Positions 53,604 to 59,048 of a stretch of 59,048 bases of DNA are shown here, in pieces (positions within the stretch are counted from its first letter, which is position 1; each line of letters starts with the position of its first letter). A model generated the notes under the pieces. It made no database searches and was not told the DNA's origin. It was given only the letters and a program-made list of their open reading frames with translations. Both the position numbers and the translations under genes were made by a program. The DNA lies in NCBI GenBank assembly GCA_027858735.1, contig JAQICC010000310.1, forward strand, positions 1 through 59,048. Reading direction: 5' to 3'. The stretch is from Salinivirgaceae bacterium. GTDB taxonomy: Bacteria > Bacteroidota > Bacteroidia > Bacteroidales > SZUA-534.

Positions 53604-54995
53604 TTATGAATCAGAATTATCATTTTTTCCTCTTCTTTCATTAAGATCGGCACTAATTTCTATCATCTTTTTCTCACTTAACTTATAAAAGTAAATAAAT
53701 ATACCCGACACAAGAGCTGCAAAAGCAGGTACCACACTTAACATTATTTTAAGTCCATTTATAGTTTCAGGCGATTGTTCAACATTTGCCTGAAAACCAT
53801 AAAACGCTAATAACCAAAGGGTAATTGAGCCACCTAAAGTCCAACCTAATTTTTGAGTCATACTCGATGCCGAGAAAACCAAACCTGTGGCACGACGTCC
53901 GGTTGTCCATTCTGAATAATCGGCAGTATCGGCATACATCGACCATAATAATGGGAAAATGATACCCGCACAAAAGCTAACCAAAGCTTGAAGAATATAT
54001 ACAAATACAACCATTTCTTTAGTACACATATAAAACAACGAGCTTAAAATAGCCGAAGCTATCATGGCATACATAAAAGTTTTTCGTTTTCCGATTGCTG
54101 CCGAAACAGGTTTTGCCATAGCCACACCAATCATATTAAATGCCTGACCCAGTAGTAAATACATGGTACTAAAAGCAAATGTCATTTTTGAGATGGAAAC
54201 TGCAGTATCGTCAATAATGTAATATTTAAAATAATACATGGCTACACCATCGCGAACCGAATTAAAAATAAGCGTCATAACTCCCGCTCCTAAAAGGATA
54301 AACCAAGGCGCATTTTTCATAAGGTTTCTAATATCCTCTTTTAAATTATTCTCCTGACTTTTAGGTACCAAAATGCGTTCTTTTGTCCACGAAAAAGTGA
54401 GAATAAAAAACACTACTGCAATAACACCAATTACAACCATTGTAAGCTGATACGAAGTAGTTTCAGCCATGCTAGTTTTGAAAAAATCTAACAATGGCTG
54501 ATATATTGCTACTACCAATAAACTACCACCAAAGGCAAATATCATACGATAGGAGGCTAAACTTGTACGGTCGTTTGAATTGGCCGACATAACACCCAAC
54601 AAACTGGCATAAGGAACATTAATAGCCGTGTAGGCCATCATCATTAATGTATAGGTAATATAGGCATATATAAGCTTTCCGGTTGTACTAATATCGGGAG
54701 TTGTAAAAAGCAGCACGCCAATAATACCAAAAGGTATGGCTATCCATAGCAAATAGGGTCTGAATTTTCCCCATTTTGTATTTGTTCTATCACAAACAAT
54801 ACCCATAATAGGATCGTTGGCAGTATCCCATATTCGTGTTACTAAAAACATGGTACCAGCTGCTGCTGCTGAAATTCCAAAAACATCGGTATAAAAAATA
54901 GCAAGGTAAAATGTAAATATCTTCCAAAACATTGACGATGCCGCATCACCAAATCCATATCCTATCTTTTCTTTTAAACTAACTCTATTGTTCAT
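53604..54995 (-). CDS. GPH-family (MelB-like) MFS glycoside:cation symporter
   Basis: EKIGYGFGD, FYTDVFGI, RIWD..NDPIMG..DRT.TKWGKFRPY, NVPY, MYADTADY.EW..GRRATG; ~12 hydrophobic segments. Confidence 0.93.
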   Translation of the reverse strand: MNNRVSLKEKIGYGFGDAASSMFWKIFTFYLAIFYTDVFGISAAAAGTMFLVTRIWDTANDPIMGIVCDRTNTKWGKFRPYLLWIAIPFGIIGVLLFTTPDISTTGKLIYAYITYTLMMMAYTAINVPYASLLGVMSANSNDRTSLASYRMIFAFGGSLLVVAIYQPLLDFFKTSMAETTSYQLTMVVIGVIAVVFFILTFSWTKERILVPKSQENNLKEDIRNLMKNAPWFILLGAGVMTLIFNSVRDGVAMYYFKYYIIDDTAVSISKMTFAFSTMYLLLGQAFNMIGVAMAKPVSAAIGKRKTFMYAMIASAILSSLFYMCTKEMVVFVYILQALVSFCAGIIFPLLWSMYADTADYSEWTTGRRATGLVFSASSMTQKLGWTLGGSITLWLLAFYGFQANVEQSPETINGLKIMLSVVPAFAALVSGIFIYFYKLSEKKMIEISADLNERRGKNDNSDS

Positions 54996-55060
54996 GTTTT
55001 TTACTTTAATATTGAAATTAGGTTCCTTAATTTTATAATCTCTTTTGTTTTCGACTCTAT

Positions 55061-56899
55061 TTATTCTACTTTGTTAATAATAAATGTTTCAATACTTTTC
55101 TGACTTTTAATTTTAACAATATAGGTACCCGCATTATAATTTGAGGCATCAATAATAATTTCTCTATTGTCTAAATTGTAAGCTGCAAGCTTTTTGCCTA
55201 GCGTTGAATAAATTTCAATTTCGTCATTTTCGTTTACTAAATCTTTAGTTGAAGTTATATTAATCATATTTTCAATTGGGTTTGGAAATACTTTCCACCT
55301 GTTTTCATTTTCATTTCGCATGGTTGCCGATGTAGTTTCAACATAAATAGTAAAATCTTGCTCCGATTTAAAATTACAATAATTGGTATAATTTACTGTA
55401 TATGTCGACGTTTCTGTTGGACTTATGGTTAATTGCCTCGATACCGAAGAAATCCCTGAACCCGTCCATTCCCAATAACCACCTTCCTCTGAAGCTTCAG
55501 GACCAAGTTTTACAACAGAATTTAGACCAACTGTTATTGAATTTGTCTGTTGCCACTCTCCACCATTAAGCTTTACATAAGGTATTATTTCTGTTGTTAC
55601 ACAAGGCCTTAAAATATTAAAAGCTTGAGTGGTAACTGCTCCGCAGGCATTCGTAAAAGTTGCGGTTAAGTTACACGCTTCGGTGGCCAATATCGTTTGT
55701 TGTTTACCATTTCCAGAAGCACCGCAACCCGACCATTCCCAAGTGCCTTCGTCTTCAGAATCAACACTTAGGTGAAATTCAGAAACTTCAGAAGCTGTTA
55801 CTATTGTAGTATCCATCCATTCCCCTTCATCAACTTTAATTTTAGCATTAATTGTGCTCGAATTACAATTTTCATCCCATCCATAAGCAGTAACAATATC
55901 AGGTACTTCATCCAAAGTAATTACCAGTGAATGATTGTAAACTTCGTTTAAATAATCAACATCGGTATCGGTTAAATGTCCCGTGTGCCATTGCATCCAC
56001 CACGACCACATAGCCCCAGTATTTAAACATTCATCGGGATTTGGAGGCATTCCACATTCGTGGTAAGCAATGGGCATTTTATTATTGGCCACAATCTCTT
56101 TCACTTCATTATACATTCTCAACTGCGGATCATCGCCCACCCCGTAATTATCAGGACCTGCAATATCCACATATTCATCGCCAGGATACCAATCACCATC
56201 GGGGTAACCCGTATAACACAGCACCCATATTAAGTTGTTCAGTTCACGATCATTCACAAAATAGTTGTACATAGTAATCCATAGCTTTTCAAATAAATCA
56301 GAACCTTGCATGCCCCACCAGAACCATCCTCCGTTTAATTCATGAAAGGGTCGCCATAAAACAGGTACATTGGCATCGCGTAAGGTTTCTAAATGATCGG
56401 CCTTTGCCTTTAATTCTGACCACATTGACTCATATTCTAACGTTCCCTCTTCAAAACATTTATTGATATCAATTCCAACTTTGCTATTTTCATAACCTTC
56501 TCCAACTCCCGGAGCACCCCAATGCCACATAATTGTTGGTATTCCACCAGCATTCCAATAGTTTATTGCTCGCTGCACTTCTCTATCGTTGTCGTTCTCA
56601 TGAATAAAATCGAGCCCAACAATAGCAGGCTTTTTTCCGGTATTGCTTTCCACATAATCAATTTCTTGCACCCCCCAAGGAGCCCACATTTGACCAGAAA
56701 GCATTTTTTTACCGTACATATCTTGAATATATCGAAATACAGCTTTTGCTTCTACAGATGGGTTTGGGTTGACCAAAGGTTTATCCTGAAAAGGAAAATC
56801 ATTACTTTTAGACAACTCTGGAACTTGAGCAAATAAGTTGCTTGAAATTGAACCAGCAATTATATAATAAATGATTATTGAAAGTATTCTTTTATTCAT
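55061..56899 (-). CDS. GH26 beta-mannanase with two Ig-like repeats and T9SS CTD
   Basis: Signal peptide; PVLWRPFHELNGGWFWWG, YPGDEYVDIAGPD, AYHECG; two ~85-aa repeats; CTD 'VFPNP...IYSTLGK...GTYIVKI'. Confidence 0.92.
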   Translation of the reverse strand: MNKRILSIIIYYIIAGSISSNLFAQVPELSKSNDFPFQDKPLVNPNPSVEAKAVFRYIQDMYGKKMLSGQMWAPWGVQEIDYVESNTGKKPAIVGLDFIHENDNDREVQRAINYWNAGGIPTIMWHWGAPGVGEGYENSKVGIDINKCFEEGTLEYESMWSELKAKADHLETLRDANVPVLWRPFHELNGGWFWWGMQGSDLFEKLWITMYNYFVNDRELNNLIWVLCYTGYPDGDWYPGDEYVDIAGPDNYGVGDDPQLRMYNEVKEIVANNKMPIAYHECGMPPNPDECLNTGAMWSWWMQWHTGHLTDTDVDYLNEVYNHSLVITLDEVPDIVTAYGWDENCNSSTINAKIKVDEGEWMDTTIVTASEVSEFHLSVDSEDEGTWEWSGCGASGNGKQQTILATEACNLTATFTNACGAVTTQAFNILRPCVTTEIIPYVKLNGGEWQQTNSITVGLNSVVKLGPEASEEGGYWEWTGSGISSVSRQLTISPTETSTYTVNYTNYCNFKSEQDFTIYVETTSATMRNENENRWKVFPNPIENMINITSTKDLVNENDEIEIYSTLGKKLAAYNLDNREIIIDASNYNAGTYIVKIKSQKSIETFIINKVE

Positions 56900-57024
56900 T
56901 ATCTGTATTTTAAAATGATTTTGGGTTATAGTTTATAAGCTAAAATTAAAATATGCAATGAAGTAATTTCAAATAATCGGCATTGATTATGTTACTAAGC
57001 TTTTGCTTTTTTTGAAATTCAAAA

Positions 57025-57069
57025 CAAAAACCTTCATTCCTAAGAAGCTTAGGTTATGAAGGTTTTTTG
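57025..57069 (-). terminator. Rho-independent terminator
   Basis: AAAAACCTTCAT..CCTAAG-AAG-CTTAGG..ATGAAGGTTTTT; on the - strand the stem is followed by TTTTTGTTTT, ~15 bp after the stop at 57084. Confidence 0.75.
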
Positions 57070-57083
57070 CTTAACTACTAACT

Positions 57084-59048
57084 TTATTTATTAACTACTA
57101 CTTTGCGATATACTGCTTTTTCATTATTACTTAATTTAATAATAAATAAGCTATTTTGTGAAGATAACTCTCCAAGATTTATGAAAATTTTGCGATTATC
57201 TTCTATGTTTTTCGCAAGCATCTTTCGACCTGAAATATCAAATATTTCAACTTTATCAATATCCCCATCAGAAATAATATGAACAGCACCATTTGTTGGG
57301 TTTGGATATATTTTTACATTCGAAAAATTGCTTTGCTCAATATCTGTTGTCAATACGTTTACCATTATGGTATCTGGCTTACTATCTGAAATGCCGTCGT
57401 TAACCACCAGCACCGCTTTGTAAACGCCCATTTCATCAACTTCCAAAATTGCATTGGGTTTGGTAAAATCTAATAAATTTGCCCTACTCTCCTCTGGCCA
57501 TTCAATTAACTGCCACTTAAAGCTTAATTCATCGCCATCGGGGTCGTAACTATTTGATCCATCAAAGAAAAAATATCTATCCTCAATACTCACTATTGTA
57601 TCATTTCCTGCCATGGCTATAGGTACATTTGAGACTGTAATTTGCACTACATCAGGCATACTGTTATTAAATCCATCGTTAACTACAAGGCTCAATTTAT
57701 AAATACCTGAAACATCGGGCACAACATCAATATCCATGGCTGTTGCATCAGCAATTGTCAAATTACTATTATTGGGGTTTTCCTCGATACTCCATAAATA
57801 GCTTAGCGTGGCATCGGTAACCTGGCTAAAACTTAAAGCTCCTGAAAAACTAACTGTTAATTCTGGTGCTATAATTGTGTCGTTACCAGCAATAGCCACT
57901 GGTAATGTATATTTGGAATGATATTTTATTTTAAAAGCAATGCTTTTTGAAAAATCAGGCAATTCAAGAATGTTGGTTAGTTTAACCAATGGCAAGCTAT
58001 CAACTTTTATAATCTCATTGCTCTCAGGCAAATAATAAGTTACGGTGTAATTAGCAAAAGGTAAATTTTTCAATTGGCACTCTGCACCTGAAATATTCAC
58101 GCCATTAAATTCATCATAAATATATCCGTAATAATTAATGCCACTTGTTAAGCCATATGATTTAAGTTGCTTAGTGGCATGTTTAACATCAAACAAGTAG
58201 TTTTCAAGCACCCCTTCTTTTGCAAAATCCTCATCGCTAATATAATCCGCGGGCATGGTAAATAAGCCGGCCCACGATAAATCTAAATAGTGTTCCCAAA
58301 TCCACATATACCCAGGCACCTGAGTCATTATTCCATTCCAAATAGAATGGCGTTGCATATCAAAAGGAACATCAGCCTCATTATTTGTGCCATATTCCCC
58401 ATTAATAATTGATAAGTTTTCAAGTTCCACTTTGAAATTATTATCAAGCTTAACCTGATCGGCCAACATGTTATTCGAGTACAAGTGGTACTGAATATTA
58501 TCGAGGGCACTTATTGAATCAAAATGCGGAATTTGATCGTGTTCCGCAACCGTAGTCATAATATGGTTAAATGGGTCGATGCTTTGAATATATTGACTCA
58601 TTTCGCTATGCCATGTGAGCACTCCGGGAAACCATCTTGAGGTTTGTTCATTATGTATGCCTGTAAATTGCACTTCATTAAAAAATTCCCATGCAAAAAG
58701 ATTTTTGGAGTAGGCCCAACGAGCAACTATATAGCGCAATAACTTTTTTGTTTGCACTTTACTGGCATCATTATAGAAATATTCTTCAGCTCTGTCAATA
58801 TATCCGCCATTTACTGTATTGTATGGGTTATCGACCCACATAGAATCAACATTTTCAGAAAACATACCATGCTGAAAAATAGTTAATTGCATATACATAT
58901 TCTTTCCCTCGCAATGGTCAAGCAATTGATCGCTCATTGCCGCAGCTTCTTGACTATAAACTCCAAGGCCGTCGTAAAAACTTGTTGGTTTCCATTCTAA
59001 TGCCTGCTGAGCAAAAGGCGTATGCCAATAACGAAAGGTATTTGCCTT
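57084..59048 (-). CDS. 5'-partial clan GH-A (GH5-like) hydrolase with two PKD/REJ-like repeats and T9SS CTD
   Basis: Frame stays open from the ORF-track Met (58937) to the window edge (KANTFRYWH...). RYIVARW...AWEFFNE (acid/base), QYHLY, INGEYG (nucleophile); two 'AIAGNDT...YLW/FKW...LVVNDG..S.PD' repeats; CTD 'IYPNP...IFDISGR...RKVVVNK'. Confidence 0.82.
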   Translation of the reverse strand, partial: KANTFRYWHTPFAQQALEWKPTSFYDGLGVYSQEAAAMSDQLLDHCEGKNMYMQLTIFQHGMFSENVDSMWVDNPYNTVNGGYIDRAEEYFYNDASKVQTKKLLRYIVARWAYSKNLFAWEFFNEVQFTGIHNEQTSRWFPGVLTWHSEMSQYIQSIDPFNHIMTTVAEHDQIPHFDSISALDNIQYHLYSNNMLADQVKLDNNFKVELENLSIINGEYGTNNEADVPFDMQRHSIWNGIMTQVPGYMWIWEHYLDLSWAGLFTMPADYISDEDFAKEGVLENYLFDVKHATKQLKSYGLTSGINYYGYIYDEFNGVNISGAECQLKNLPFANYTVTYYLPESNEIIKVDSLPLVKLTNILELPDFSKSIAFKIKYHSKYTLPVAIAGNDTIIAPELTVSFSGALSFSQVTDATLSYLWSIEENPNNSNLTIADATAMDIDVVPDVSGIYKLSLVVNDGFNNSMPDVVQITVSNVPIAMAGNDTIVSIEDRYFFFDGSNSYDPDGDELSFKWQLIEWPEESRANLLDFTKPNAILEVDEMGVYKAVLVVNDGISDSKPDTIMVNVLTTDIEQSNFSNVKIYPNPTNGAVHIISDGDIDKVEIFDISGRKMLAKNIEDNRKIFINLGELSSQNSLFIIKLSNNEKAVYRKVVVNK

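Overview
AT-rich Bacteroidota (probably Bacteroidales/Marinilabiliales-like; T9SS C-terminal domains present) region made almost entirely of polysaccharide-utilisation genes. On the + strand (475-42555) is a ~42 kb PUL: SusC/SusD, 4x GH2, 2x GH97, GH51, GH95, GH88, 2x GH43, 2x GH31, GH3, a BACON-GH5 lipoprotein and three esterases. This composition points to xyloglucan-type hemicellulose. On the - strand are a hybrid two-component regulator, a PQQ-like beta-propeller and a beta-mannan cluster (2x GH26, orphan solute-binding lipoprotein, mannose-6-P isomerase, GPH/MFS transporter, and a GH5-like/PKD/T9SS gene cut by the window edge). Between the clusters lies a Y1/HUH (IS200-like, RAYT-like) transposase flanked by 2+2 inverted REP-like hairpins. 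It is split by a 158-bp palindromic MITE with perfect 15-bp TIRs and a 5-bp AATCA target duplication; removing the MITE restores a 159-aa ORF. Several intergenic spacers carry further modular or nested hairpin elements, some repeated within the window. There are also two decayed secreted-protein gene stubs and a 22-bp-periodic operator-like array upstream of susC. All family calls come from motif recognition by eye; no searches were run.
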